Part shown: positions 35,601-44,872 of the stretch, one piece after another
Position numbering within the stretch: position 1 is the first letter of the stretch
How the letters are laid out: each line of letters opens with the position of its first letter
Assembly: GCA_043801745.1 (NCBI GenBank)
Contig: JAZDLR010000010.1
Span: 10,509 to 74,508, forward strand
Reading direction: 5' to 3'
DNA from: Candidatus Komeilibacteria bacterium
Lineage (GTDB): Bacteria; Patescibacteriota; Patescibacteriia; UBA1558; 2-01-FULL-52-15
Length of the DNA: 64,000 bases
The notes under the pieces: generated by a model
What the model was told of the DNA's origin: nothing
What the model saw: the letters and a program-made list of their open reading frames with translations, nothing else
Database searches by the model: none
Translations under genes and position numbers: made by a program

Positions 35601-36068
35601 AAATTCTATAACCGCTTTCTTGCCCGCCAGCTGCATATATTGTCCGAAATAGGCCGCCAAATTACTGGTAGAACTAGCGTATAAGGCATACCCGCCCGTC
35701 ACAGTATTGGTATTTTTTACCTCCACCGTTGGCAAAATGGCGGAACTACTGGTAGCACTAATACCATTGGCATTACCGCGCGCAATAATACTGCCGGCAA
35801 TTGCCGAGCCAGTGCTGTTCGCAACCAGAGCCGTAGGATAATCGTCGTTGCGGACACCAATATTATTAATATACTTCTCATTCATATCTACGTTCTGCCG
35901 CGCATGGTGGTCGCCTAAACCATCAGCGCCACGGGAGCCAATAATCTGAACATTGCCGTTATCTGGAGGTAAAGTCCTTGGTCCTTGCCAGTTGCCGGCC
36001 AAAGTAAAACCAACACCACCGATAAAGAGGGCCAACAATACGCTGATGGTAATTAACCAGTGTTTCAT
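32673..36068 (-). CDS. Giant secreted beta-propeller protein with LVIVD repeats (1131 aa)
   Basis: Motifs HLFWGNNLLCDTTKLNCGW and NLYWGDKLLCDATQANCGW. GDNLGDHKARFDLNMQN. At least six LVIVD-type repeats (ALDVINVTNPASPQFV, FRIVDISNPAGLTLS, YALDVSNPASPTLI, and others). Confidence 0.55.
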   Translation of the reverse strand: MKHWLITISVLLALFIGGVGFTLAGNWQGPRTLPPDNGNVQIIGSRGADGLGDHHARQNVDMNEKYINNIGVRNDDYPTALVANSTGSAIAGSIIARGNANGISATSSSAILPTVEVKNTNTVTGGYALYASSTSNLAAYFGQYMQLAGKKAVIEFPGSNNLLYAGWQPTGVVQAGNHLFWGNNLLCDTTKLNCGWYSVGTGDNLGDHKARFDLNMQNSGVNFRIINVSNDVTNNNGVATGVRKISSLAATNKFAGSSAAVPAAFSSGAENYFGVYAQTTIPWNTAIQDISLSRLSGVPAFPIINVSFSSPVVFKDRVFWGSRIADVPGRNDNFLVSHSGLTPYTSTLSPGSQYFTKEINLAGSCADYVSRSLATFKNMLYDTLSDYYWNSPSRLLIYDGANYNCLTYSQLTLDSTSPMQEIDFNHIASLEVYRNKLFALSFGDSSASRYCRLLSYDGTVWKRELIVGSQDDCNGQSKLLAHGDKLYILAERNGTGGNLKFYTFNGSTLVNITGGYNIGGVGSGGNYDTGWTFVGDDLYVGSDDSGLWKYDGTNWTLVGSGAGSGPPHGITDVYYFDGKIYINNSDGTSYVWNSTTSNWDAFIVGERAAYYRGALISPSSALALTFAQPTAALGYGAGLGYGINANSVAGPGARLFGKTQIIDDRDVNVPAQLILNSDENRLSLQKATSTASNNLYWGDKLLCDATQANCGWAIGGSIASSFWQAVGNDTYADYLVSLGGQSAKPRQKLDLLVDTTSDIAITDGQLIVNANSVFVDDTYLYVSAHQGGAGNLLVYSLANPAQPSLVGKTVNSQGGTGLGVYGHYAYSANGTTALDVINVTNPASPQFVRTVTVGASAYGVVKTIASGSILYVLTSSGLYSFDISRPDNPLAISSIAQGGKDLFIQGKYAYVARDSSGFRIVDISNPAGLTLSGSYTVSSHQATKVIVRDKIAYVLFDSAIYALDVSNPASPTLIKTSAGLSQAKNMVLVGNYLYVTDSARMKIFSVEDPSSSIPEVGPASLFFLAQFVGDNIAVSGNYAYTFQSSLYDSLVTIRLPSARLQTLAAGSAAIDSAAISGQFSAGNLYSSSGLVVGGNLTVTGGPLIVGGSIKIGSTTLTNTTLVQLIDWLINH

Positions 36069-38509
36069 AAGCCGGCTTTTGTCCTTAATCCGTTTAAAGT
36101 TGTCTGATCCAAAACCGTGCCCCCCAGAACCACCCCTTGATTACCAGTAGTTATTGTTCCAGAAATTTGCGCCGTCAAACCAATTTGTAGACTATTGGCT
36201 GTCAGTGAATGAGCTTGCAGCGATAAGGCCGTGCTTAATTGGTCAAAGACCGCGTCAGTAAGGCTAACGCTGGGTAAGCGCATTCCTTGAAAACTAAATG
36301 TCCGCAAATTATAAGGATAAATTCTACGATCGAAAACGTAAAAATTTGTCCCGTTAACCACCAGGGCAGAGGTAATGGGAACCGGGTCAGTCACAACACC
36401 CTGATAAAAGGGGTCAATGGCGTCAATATTAATAATATTTGGAGCTGCCGGATTAGCTACATCAAACATTATGACATTAGCGGTGAAAGGATCTCCTCCC
36501 CAAACGTAATCCAGCTGTGCCCCGACAAAGGCGTAGCCATCATAGGCAACCAAACTTGACGGCACCATAGTAGAATTAAACGTTTGGCTACTGCTGCCGG
36601 CTGACGAACGGGTACCTAAATTGACAATATAAAGACGCGTACCAGCAGCGTAAACCTTATCGCCAACAACGGCCGCGGTGCTAACATATTCTCCGCTTGG
36701 TGGTTGCCATTTTCCGTTCAGGCTAGGCAACGATGGATTACCAATATTATAGAATATTAATCCATTCACACGGTTTTTATCCACCACGATTAAATTATTT
36801 CCCTGTAATATTAACTGTCGCGGCTGCGACATGGTTCCCACATTAGTAACCAACTGTGGCGAACTGGGATTAGCAATATCTATCACAGCCAAAGCATTAT
36901 TAGAAACCAGATAAGCATACCGACCACGAACTACCACATCAGTAGGGAAATCGTCAGTGGGAGAACTGCCAGTAGAAAAACTATTACTGACCAAGGTTGG
37001 GGCTGTTGGTTTAGAAATATCATAAATCGTCAAGTCGGCATTAGAACCGTTCCTAGTAGCGATATAAACATAAGATCCACTAAGGGCAATACCCCACCCC
37101 TGGACTGTACCTCCCAATGAAGTCCAGCTGACTGTTTTCGGTTTGGCCGGATTACTGACATCAATAATGCGCAGTTCTCCACGGGTCGTACCCGAACTGG
37201 CTGATCCCACAACGTACAATAATCCGCCGCGCAAAACCGCGTCATTAGGTGCTGTTTTAAAATCGGTAAAAGGCGTGGTTAGGAGAGGATAGGGAGCAGT
37301 GTCCTGATCAAGAAAACTATGACCAATATCTAAAGTATAACTGGCAGAAGTCCGGCCCAATAATACTTTGCCAACCCCTAAATTAGGATTATTAATACCC
37401 CAAGCATTATCTAGCCAATAAGAAGCATTACCAACTAGAGTTGACCAACCGCAATTTGCCTTGGTGCCATCACAAACCAGCTTATCGCCCCAATACAGAC
37501 TGGTGACGGCACTAGCAGTTTGCGCCGAGGTAGACAATTTATCATAAGACCCCTCATTAAACTGAATGGCCGGAGGAACCGCAGGTACGGCGCTATCAGC
37601 CAAAATCTGCAGCGGCGTACTAACAGTCATGCCTCGGCCCAACCAAGAAGCGCCGCTAACAGCTGGAGCGCTAGCGCTGGAATAGGCATATAGTCCCGCA
37701 GAATTATCCGGATCAGTACCATTACTGTAGGCAAAGACTCCATAACCGTCGTCAGCTATGGCCTCAATAGTTGAAGTTGCGGCGTTGGCTGAAACCATCA
37801 GCGCTCCACTGCCAAGATCAGTACTGGCCGATCCAATATTGTAAATCCGTTTGCTATCCATATTAAGGGTAGCGGTAGCCTGGTGATTTCCCAAACCATC
37901 ACCGGTAGCGCCGGTCGGAACCCAACCACAAGTAGGATTGGAGGAATCACACAGTAACTTATTACCCCAATATAATTTCACAGTTGACACGTCATTACCC
38001 GGAACTAAAGACAGCCGATTAGATAAAGAGTTGCCCAGGATATAACCCTTGGCCGCTACTACGGTGCCAGATAATTTAGCGCCCAGACCATTGGCTACGG
38101 TGGTAGTTGCCAGTAGAGCCGGTCCGCCACCAATATTGACAGCTTTTAAACCGCTATGTCCGTTGCTATCAGAGTAAGTCGCGGTCCATAAACCATAAGA
38201 TAATTCGCCGGTCAAAGACATTCCAACGCCGTTCTTACCATTAATAGTCAAGGCCGGATTCCCGGAATCACCACGGATATTATATAACCGATATTTCACG
38301 CTACTGAATTCCAAAGACAGAGGCATTCCGGCTTGATGCGGATTAACATAACCCATCTGATCACCGGAGGAAGAAGACGGAGTTGACAGGGTGGTATTAT
38401 CCGGCGCCGGACTGGGTGATATGGTCCAAGTTTGAGCGCTAACCACAAACCAACCACCAACAACAGTGATGGTTACAATGAGTGAAATCAGAAAAAATAT
38501 TTTCCGCAT
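36065..38509 (-). CDS. Large secreted beta-propeller protein with LVIVD repeats (814 aa)
   Basis: Motifs KLYWGNKLLCDSSNPTCGW and SLYWGDKLVCDGTKANCGW. GDGLGNHQATATLNMDSKRIYNIG. LVIVD repeats (LRIIDVSNPAKPKTV, LTIYDISKPTAPTLV, LAVIDIANPSSPQLV). Confidence 0.55.
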   Translation of the reverse strand: MRKIFFLISLIVTITVVGGWFVVSAQTWTISPSPAPDNTTLSTPSSSSGDQMGYVNPHQAGMPLSLEFSSVKYRLYNIRGDSGNPALTINGKNGVGMSLTGELSYGLWTATYSDSNGHSGLKAVNIGGGPALLATTTVANGLGAKLSGTVVAAKGYILGNSLSNRLSLVPGNDVSTVKLYWGNKLLCDSSNPTCGWVPTGATGDGLGNHQATATLNMDSKRIYNIGSASTDLGSGALMVSANAATSTIEAIADDGYGVFAYSNGTDPDNSAGLYAYSSASAPAVSGASWLGRGMTVSTPLQILADSAVPAVPPAIQFNEGSYDKLSTSAQTASAVTSLYWGDKLVCDGTKANCGWSTLVGNASYWLDNAWGINNPNLGVGKVLLGRTSASYTLDIGHSFLDQDTAPYPLLTTPFTDFKTAPNDAVLRGGLLYVVGSASSGTTRGELRIIDVSNPAKPKTVSWTSLGGTVQGWGIALSGSYVYIATRNGSNADLTIYDISKPTAPTLVSNSFSTGSSPTDDFPTDVVVRGRYAYLVSNNALAVIDIANPSSPQLVTNVGTMSQPRQLILQGNNLIVVDKNRVNGLIFYNIGNPSLPSLNGKWQPPSGEYVSTAAVVGDKVYAAGTRLYIVNLGTRSSAGSSSQTFNSTMVPSSLVAYDGYAFVGAQLDYVWGGDPFTANVIMFDVANPAAPNIINIDAIDPFYQGVVTDPVPITSALVVNGTNFYVFDRRIYPYNLRTFSFQGMRLPSVSLTDAVFDQLSTALSLQAHSLTANSLQIGLTAQISGTITTGNQGVVLGGTVLDQTTLNGLRTKAGL

Positions 38510-38558
38510 TCCTTAGCCAAATAAATAAATGAATATTTGCTGATATTATACCACACAA

Positions 38559-38588
38559 TTGACTACACCAACAATTATTCGTTATAAT
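38559..38588 (+). promoter_or_regulatory. Sigma70-like promoter TTGACT-N18-TATAAT ending 7 nt before the ATG (candidate leaderless transcript)
   Basis: ttgact at 38559-38564, tataat at 38583-38588, ATG at 38595. Confidence 0.4.
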
Positions 38589-38594
38589 AAAGCT

Positions 38595-39080
38595 ATGTTC
38601 TATCAACTCCGCCAGAAGAAATACTTAACCTTGCTAGCTATTTTGGTTATCATTGCTGTCGTGGCATTGGCTTATTGGTTGTGGTTGGCCTCGTGGTTCA
38701 GCTCGCGGCTGGCCCAGCAGCCAGACTGGAAAAGCAAAATCTTATCAGCTCCCCAGCTACCAACTGAAACCAGTATTGTCCTTAGCTACACTGGTCAGAT
38801 TCAACGAATTGATCTAAAGGCGGGCGAATTAACTATGGTTACGGCTTATGGTAATAAAACGATTATTTTCGATGAAGACACGCCCATTAGACAATTAAAG
38901 ACTCAACCTCTACCCACACGCGCTCCTTCAGCCCAACAACCTCCCAGAACGCTGGAAACGCTTTCCCTGCCCAAAACCCTAACCACCATAAAAGCCGGCG
39001 ACCTGATCCAGGCCTCCTCCTTGACGGATGTCCGCGGCTTAGCTACATTCAAAGCCAATACCATTGTGGTATTACAATAA
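38595..39080 (+). CDS. Membrane-anchored hypothetical protein. ATG start preferred over the ORF-track TTG at 38559.
   Basis: The TTG proposed by the ORF track is the -35 hexamer itself. N-terminal transmembrane segment YLTLLAILVIIAVVALAYWLWL. Confidence 0.45.
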   Translation: MFYQLRQKKYLTLLAILVIIAVVALAYWLWLASWFSSRLAQQPDWKSKILSAPQLPTETSIVLSYTGQIQRIDLKAGELTMVTAYGNKTIIFDEDTPIRQLKTQPLPTRAPSAQQPPRTLETLSLPKTLTTIKAGDLIQASSLTDVRGLATFKANTIVVLQ

Positions 39081-39087
39081 CTAAACT

Positions 39088-39639
39088 ATGATTTATACCT
39101 ACATTTTGGTAGCTGTCATCGCCATTATCCTAATTTGGCTGATAGCCACCTTCAACAGCTTGATTCGCCGCCGCAATCAAGTGCAGGAGGGCTGGGCGGA
39201 TATTGATGTGCAATTAAAGCGCCGCTATGACCTGATTCCCAATCTGATGGAAACGGTCCGCGGTTATATGCAACACGAAGACCGAGTGCTGACGCAGGTG
39301 ACTGAAGCCCGTACTCTGGCCATGAAGGCCGAGAACGCCGACACCCGGGCTCAAGCCGAAAATGCTCTAACCGGAGCCCTGAAATCACTTTTCGCCGTGG
39401 CGGAAAATTATCCTGATTTGAAAGCCTCGGCCAACTTCCTGAAACTTCAGGATGAATTATCCGACACCGAAAATAAAATCCAGGCTGTCCGCCGCTTCTA
39501 TAATGGTCAAGTCCGCGACTTCAATACTGCTATTCAAGTATTCCCGACCAATCTGATAGCTTCAACAATGGGCATGAAAGCTTTTGCTTTCTTTGAAGCC
39601 GGAACAGAAGAGCGCGAGAACGTTCAAGTGAAATTCTAG
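39088..39639 (+). CDS. LemA family protein
   Basis: N-terminal transmembrane segment, then NSLIRRRNQVQEGWADIDVQLKRRYDLIPNL, the LemA signature region. Confidence 0.8.
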   Translation: MIYTYILVAVIAIILIWLIATFNSLIRRRNQVQEGWADIDVQLKRRYDLIPNLMETVRGYMQHEDRVLTQVTEARTLAMKAENADTRAQAENALTGALKSLFAVAENYPDLKASANFLKLQDELSDTENKIQAVRRFYNGQVRDFNTAIQVFPTNLIASTMGMKAFAFFEAGTEERENVQVKF

Positions 39640-39698
39640 ATAAATTATTTCTTTGAAAACCCAGTTATTTTTTTAGCTGGGTTTTCGTACACATTACA

Positions 39699-40601
39699 AT
39701 GTATAGTGAAATTGCCAGTAACAAAAGGAAGACTATTTTAATAATAATTTTTTTTATGGGGGTATTAGCCGCTATTGGCTGGATTGCCGGCTGGTATTTT
39801 AATGCTGGCTACACTCCCCTGATAATAGCCATCTTAGTGGCCCTTTTCCTGTCGTTAATTAGTTATTTTAGCGGGGACAAAATCGCTCTATCCCTAGCCG
39901 GAGCCCGAAAAATAGAAAAAGCTGATAATCCCTATGTTTACAATATGGTGGAAAACTTAACCATTACCGCCGGCCTGCCATTGCCCAAGGTTTATCTCAT
40001 TACCGATCCAGCGCTTAATGCTTTTGCCACTGGCCGCGATCCACAACACTCCTCCATCGCTCTTACCACCGGAATTGTTGAAGCTCTGGAAAATGAGGAA
40101 TTAGAAGGCGTCATAGCCCATGAATTATCTCACGTAAAAAATTATGATATCCGGGTAATGATGATTGTTATTATTTGTGTTAGTGCTATCACCTTGCTAG
40201 CCAACATCATGACCCGCAATGCTTTGTGGGGTGGCGGCCGCAGATCCGGTAATGAACGCGACACCATAGGTCCTCTAATAATGATTATTGGCCTAATCTT
40301 CGTCATCTTATCGCCATTGATCGCCCAGTTAATGCAGCTGGCTATTTCCCGCAAACGGGAGTACTTAGCTGATGCCTCAGGAGCCCTACTAACCCGCTAT
40401 CCAGAAGGTTTAGCTAGGGCTTTAGAGAAAATTAGCCAAAGCGAACCGCTGAAACATTCAAATAAAGCCATTGCCCACTTGTATATCAACGAACCAGAAG
40501 GATCGGCCGCCAAAAACCGTCCTAGCCGCTGGCTGCAGTTATTCTCCACTCATCCGCCTATTACTGACCGCATTGCCCGTTTACGGTCTGTGACCAACTA
40601 A
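39699..40601 (+). CDS. htpX: HtpX-like M48 zinc metalloprotease
   Basis: HELSH (HExxH) motif, four transmembrane segments, 300 aa. Confidence 0.8.
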   Translation: MYSEIASNKRKTILIIIFFMGVLAAIGWIAGWYFNAGYTPLIIAILVALFLSLISYFSGDKIALSLAGARKIEKADNPYVYNMVENLTITAGLPLPKVYLITDPALNAFATGRDPQHSSIALTTGIVEALENEELEGVIAHELSHVKNYDIRVMMIVIICVSAITLLANIMTRNALWGGGRRSGNERDTIGPLIMIIGLIFVILSPLIAQLMQLAISRKREYLADASGALLTRYPEGLARALEKISQSEPLKHSNKAIAHLYINEPEGSAAKNRPSRWLQLFSTHPPITDRIARLRSVTN

Positions 40602-40666
40602 CCCTATTCCTTCTAATTGTCAAAACTGCTATACTATCTCAGTAATCAACCATTAAAAAAGACCCT

Positions 40667-41080
40667 ATGAAGAAATCTAAGTCTCAAGTTAAACATCTAA
40701 TTATTCTGGGAGCGATCTCTATTTTTTTTGCTGCCTTTCTAGCCCAGGCAGCCGGATCAGCTAATGCTGTGGAATTCTCCACAGCTCCATTACTGAGATT
40801 TAGTCAGAAAGGGGCACTGACCTATCGCACTATTGAAGGAACTATTGATTCCGCTGGTGTTAATTATCTGGTAGTTAAGACTGGTGAAAAAAAATTCGTC
40901 ACAGTAAAATTAAACAGAGCCACCCAAATATATTATGGCAATGCCACAACTACGGTCAGCGGTCTTAAAATCAACGCAGCGGTAAAAGTCCGCGCTCAAA
41001 TAAAAACTTCCGGCCTCGAAGCTACTGCCGTCAAAATGACCAAAATAACAGCGCCAACCCCGGCCGCTGTTAATAACTAA
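40667..41080 (+). CDS. Secreted hypothetical protein (137 aa)
   Basis: Signal peptide LILGAISIFFAAFLAQAAGSANA. Followed by a terminator. Confidence 0.45.
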   Translation: MKKSKSQVKHLIILGAISIFFAAFLAQAAGSANAVEFSTAPLLRFSQKGALTYRTIEGTIDSAGVNYLVVKTGEKKFVTVKLNRATQIYYGNATTTVSGLKINAAVKVRAQIKTSGLEATAVKMTKITAPTPAAVNN

Positions 41081-41091
41081 ATTTCTAAAAA

Positions 41092-41119
41092 CTCCAGTCA
41101 GCTTGAACTGGAGTTTTTT
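41092..41119 (+). terminator. Rho-independent terminator
   Basis: ctccagt-cagcttgaa-actggag followed by tttttt. Confidence 0.5.
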
Positions 41120-41129
41120 GTTCCGCAAG

Positions 41130-41160
41130 TTGACTAAAAAAATAAGCCGTGCCATAGTAT
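41130..41160 (+). promoter_or_regulatory. Sigma70-like promoter TTGACT-N17-CATAGT / TAGTAT ending 5-7 nt before the ClpC ATG (candidate leaderless transcript)
   Basis: ttgact at 41130-41135. -10 at 41153-41160. ATG at 41165. Confidence 0.35.
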
Positions 41161-41164
41161 TTTT

Positions 41165-43660
41165 ATGAACGACAATTTATTAGACAAATTTACCGGCCAT
41201 TTCAAGCAAATCCTCATCCGCGCACAAAATGTCGCCTGGCAAAAGGGCGCTCAGAACATTGAACCGCTGCATTTACTCTATGCTCTGCTGGAACAAAAGG
41301 GCAGTATTGCGACGGAAATTTTGGCTAAACAAAACCTTAAAACAGCCGACCTGCAACTTAATCTTAATGAACCTTTAACTGCCGATAAACTACTGGCGAC
41401 CAATCCTTGGGATTTACCCCAGCCCAATGAGGCCAGTCAACATATAATTGAACAGGCAGTAAAAGTAGCTTATGAATTTGGTCATAAATATGTCGGTAGT
41501 GAACATTTACTATCCAGTCTGATTAATAACAATGACCGCAACGTCCAGGCCATTTTTTTACGCTACACTATTGATGTACACAAAATTGGCCAGCAGCTAG
41601 AATTAATTTTGCGCGGCGCCTCGAAATTTTCCAGCTGGCAACAGGAGCAAGGTGATACGCGTGATCTAGAAAACCGCCTAATGGGTGACAATTTAAATAA
41701 TCAGGAATCAATTCTGGAACAATTTACTACCGATTTAACCACTAAGGAAACTCAAGAAAAGATTGACCCCGTCATTGGGCGAGCGGCAGAAATCGAACGG
41801 CTAATCCAGATATTGTCCCGCCGGACAAAGAATAATCCTATTCTCCTGGGCGACGCCGGCGTGGGTAAAACCGCGATTATTGAAGGTCTGGCCAAAAAAA
41901 TTGTGGCCGGTGAAGTACCTGACGTACTACTGGATAAAAAAATCATCTGTTTAGATCTTTCGGCGGTAATCGCTGGCACCATGTACCGCGGTGAATTTGA
42001 ATCGCGTTTGAAAAAAATTATTGATGAAGTGAAAAATAATCCCCAATACATTCTCTTTATCGACGAAATTCATAATATTATTGGCGCCGGCGCTACCAGC
42101 GGTTCTCTTGACGCGGCCAATATACTTAAACCCGCTCTGGCTCGGGGACAATTGCGTTGTATTGGCGCCACTACCCGAGAAGAATACAAAAAATTTATTG
42201 AGAATGATAAAGCCTTGGAGCGCCGTTTTCAGCCCATTATAGTTGAGGAGGCCAGCGAAACCGAGACACTAGAAATACTCCGCGGCATTCAAAAAAATTA
42301 TGAGACTTATCATCGTGTTAACTTCACCCCGGAAGCCCTGGAAACTTCCATTGCCTTGAGCCAACGCTATATGCCGGATAAAAAATTACCCGATAAGGCT
42401 ATTGATTTATTGGATGAAGCCGCTTCCAGCTTACGCGTGGCTAAAGAAAAAAATAAGTCCATAAAAATTATCCGTGATTTAGAGCATCAGTTGGAAGGCA
42501 TCCGCCAAGCAAAAAAAACGGCCATTCTGGCAGAAAATTTTGCCAGCGCCATCAATCTGAAAGATCAGGAAGAAATCATCACTCAGGAATTGCAGTCTCT
42601 GCGCACCAACCAGACGCGGGAAAAAACTAATATTTTGGGCATTATTACAGCCGAACGAATTGCTGCCATTGTGGCCCGGGCCACCGGTATACCGGTGACT
42701 GAAATTCTGCAGTCCGAGCGGCGGAAATTATTGCACTTAGAAAAATATCTGCAGAAAGAACTTTTCGGGCAAGAAGACGCCTTGAAAATTGTGGCTGATA
42801 CTATCCGCCGCGCCCGGGCGGGTTTATCCGATCCTAATCGTCCCCTGGCTTCATTCATCTTTATGGGGCCGAGCGGCGTAGGCAAGACCGAAACTGCCAG
42901 ATTACTAGCCCGGCTATTATTTGATAATCCTAACGCTTTGATTCGCGTAGATATGTCGGAATTTGCCGAAAGCTTCAACGCTTCTAAGCTCATTGGTGCG
43001 CCGGCCGGCTATGTCGGCTACAAGGATGTCAATGTACTAACTGACGCTGTCAAAGCCAAACCCTACAGCATTGTCCTGTTTGATGAAATTGAGAAAGCTC
43101 ATCCGGACATCTTTAATTTGCTGCTTCAGGTTCTGGAAGATGGCCGCCTGACTGATGCTGCTGGCCGGATTATCAATTTCCGCAATACTATCATAATCAT
43201 GACCTCTAATATCGGCCTAGATCAATTTAATGCCCAGGCCGCCCTAGGTTTTGAAGCCAGCGAACAGCAGGAACAGTCAGCTGAAGCCAAGTTTGAGCAG
43301 ACCAGCGAACAAATTAGACAGTCGCTGCATGACTACTTCCGTCCGGAATTTCTTAACCGTATCGATAAGGTGGTTGTCTTCAAACCGCTAACCAAATCAG
43401 CTGCCAAAAAAATCATTCAAGCGGAAATTGAGAAATTGCGAGCCAAGTTAGCCTCACGCCAGATTACTTTTGATCTTGATGCCGGCACCATTAATTATCT
43501 GGCTAACGAAGGCTTCAAGGTGGAAGAAGGCGCCCGATCCTTGAAACGCTTTTTCCAGGAACACATCACAAATGTTCTGGCCGAACAAATACTCGGTGCT
43601 GAGACCAGTCATCATTTTCAGGCTAATATTCAAGATAAGCGTATTGTCGTAACTCAGTAA
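41165..43660 (+). CDS. clpC: Clp/Hsp100-family AAA+ chaperone (ClpC/ClpB-like, two nucleotide-binding domains)
   Basis: Clp-N repeats. NBD1 Walker [11 protein letters not shown] and NBD2 [12 protein letters not shown]. Walker B ILFIDEIH and [11 protein letters not shown]. 831 aa. Confidence 0.85.
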   Translation: MNDNLLDKFTGHFKQILIRAQNVAWQKGAQNIEPLHLLYALLEQKGSIATEILAKQNLKTADLQLNLNEPLTADKLLATNPWDLPQPNEASQHIIEQAVKVAYEFGHKYVGSEHLLSSLINNNDRNVQAIFLRYTIDVHKIGQQLELILRGASKFSSWQQEQGDTRDLENRLMGDNLNNQESILEQFTTDLTTKETQEKIDPVIGRAAEIERLIQILSRRTKNNPILLGDAGVGKTAIIEGLAKKIVAGEVPDVLLDKKIICLDLSAVIAGTMYRGEFESRLKKIIDEVKNNPQYILFIDEIHNIIGAGATSGSLDAANILKPALARGQLRCIGATTREEYKKFIENDKALERRFQPIIVEEASETETLEILRGIQKNYETYHRVNFTPEALETSIALSQRYMPDKKLPDKAIDLLDEAASSLRVAKEKNKSIKIIRDLEHQLEGIRQAKKTAILAENFASAINLKDQEEIITQELQSLRTNQTREKTNILGIITAERIAAIVARATGIPVTEILQSERRKLLHLEKYLQKELFGQEDALKIVADTIRRARAGLSDPNRPLASFIFMGPSGVGKTETARLLARLLFDNPNALIRVDMSEFAESFNASKLIGAPAGYVGYKDVNVLTDAVKAKPYSIVLFDEIEKAHPDIFNLLLQVLEDGRLTDAAGRIINFRNTIIIMTSNIGLDQFNAQAALGFEASEQQEQSAEAKFEQTSEQIRQSLHDYFRPEFLNRIDKVVVFKPLTKSAAKKIIQAEIEKLRAKLASRQITFDLDAGTINYLANEGFKVEEGARSLKRFFQEHITNVLAEQILGAETSHHFQANIQDKRIVVTQ

Positions 43661-43673
43661 TTTAACAATAAAT

Positions 43674-43702
43674 AAAAACAGGGACTTTAACCTGTTTTTA
43701 TG
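43674..43702 (+). terminator. Terminator-like hairpin overlapping the comF start
   Basis: aaaacagg-gactttaa-cctgttttt. Could instead be an attenuator, since the ATG at 43700 lies within the T-run. Confidence 0.35.
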
Positions 43703-44338
43703 TTATTCCAACAGCTACTCAATTTAATTTTCCCCCTAAGCTGTCTTCACTGTGGCCAAGGCGATGAACTTCTTTGCGTCGCCTGCCGCGAGACCCTGAT
43801 ACTTCAGCCGCAGACAATACCGGGCGGAACAGTTAAGACCCTTCTAGTGGCTGCTGACTATGAAACGCCTATAATTCAGACTTTAATTAAGGCCTACAAA
43901 TATCATAATCTGCCGCAGCTAGCCAGCTATCTTGCTCCCCTTTTGATTCAACGGCTGCAATCCATCCCCCAACTACCACCAATGGAAATCCTGCCCATTC
44001 CGCTCCACGCCAAAAGATTACGCCAACGCGAATATAACCAAAGTCTGCTGCTGGCTCAGCTGGTAGCCAGTCATTTTGGCTGGAAGCTTAATTCTGACCT
44101 GCGGCGCAATAAAAATACTTCCGCTCAAGCCCGCTTAAACCGCGAGCAACGTCTACACAATTTAGATCAGGCTTTCCATTATACTGGTACTTCGCTGGTC
44201 GGGAAGAATGTTCTATTACTAGATGATGTTATTACTACCGGAGCCACGATAGAAGCGGCCGCAGCTGCGCTGCGGCCGCACCAACCTGACAGTATTTGGG
44301 CCCTGGCTCTGGCCCGCAATCAATCACTGCGCTATTGA
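43700..44338 (+). CDS. comFC: ComF/ComFC-family phosphoribosyltransferase-like competence protein
   Basis: N-terminal Zn-ribbon CLHC...CVAC. C-terminal PRTase motif LLLDDVITTGATI. Confidence 0.7.
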   Translation: MLFQQLLNLIFPLSCLHCGQGDELLCVACRETLILQPQTIPGGTVKTLLVAADYETPIIQTLIKAYKYHNLPQLASYLAPLLIQRLQSIPQLPPMEILPIPLHAKRLRQREYNQSLLLAQLVASHFGWKLNSDLRRNKNTSAQARLNREQRLHNLDQAFHYTGTSLVGKNVLLLDDVITTGATIEAAAAALRPHQPDSIWALALARNQSLRY

Positions 44339-44871
44339 AATAAGTAAACCACTAACATTACTACTGCCACTAATACGCCGATCATAAAAATTGTCCGCGC
44401 TAAATAAAAGAAATACTTTTTCGGCCGGTAATAGTAACGAATCATATTGTAGGTCTCTCGGGCAAATTCGCGGTAACCATAGGCCTTATCTTCAATAATG
44501 CGGGGTAATAATTTAGCTAATTGATCAGCCGAGTCAAAACTAATCATTTTCTTACGATAAAGCAGGCTCTCTATTTGCCCCTGCTTACGTAATAGACTCG
44601 GCGGCCTGACGGCTAAGATAGCTATTATCGTGGCTGTGGCGGAAAAAATGGCTAACGTCTGATAGATTGAAGAAAATGCCTGATTAGTGATCTGCGTCAG
44701 AGAAAAAATAAAAATACTGGAGGTAAAACCAATCAGAATAGCTATATGAGTATCCAAATGCTCCGTAAAAGAAATGACCCGCTCTAAATTACTTTTCAAA
44801 AATTCTAATTCTTCTAAAGTTAAACGGCTAGATTTTGATTTCGGCCAAGTTTGAATTACTTTTTTCGGCAT
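44332..44871 (-). CDS. Hypothetical two-transmembrane membrane protein
   Basis: ORF with transmembrane segments ILIGFTSSIFIFSL and IFMIGVLVAVVMLVVYLF. Start placed at MPKKVIQ, abutting the glycosyltransferase stop. Confidence 0.4.
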   Translation of the reverse strand: MPKKVIQTWPKSKSSRLTLEELEFLKSNLERVISFTEHLDTHIAILIGFTSSIFIFSLTQITNQAFSSIYQTLAIFSATATIIAILAVRPPSLLRKQGQIESLLYRKKMISFDSADQLAKLLPRIIEDKAYGYREFARETYNMIRYYYRPKKYFFYLARTIFMIGVLVAVVMLVVYLFQ

Positions 44872-44872
44872 A

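Noticed and set aside
38559-38594. TTG start proposed by the ORF track for the 173-aa protein (MTTPTIIRYNKAMFYQ...)
   Set aside because: The TTG is the first codon of a TTGACT -35 hexamer that is followed 18 nt later by TATAAT. The in-frame ATG at 38595 just downstream of the -10 is the more plausible start.
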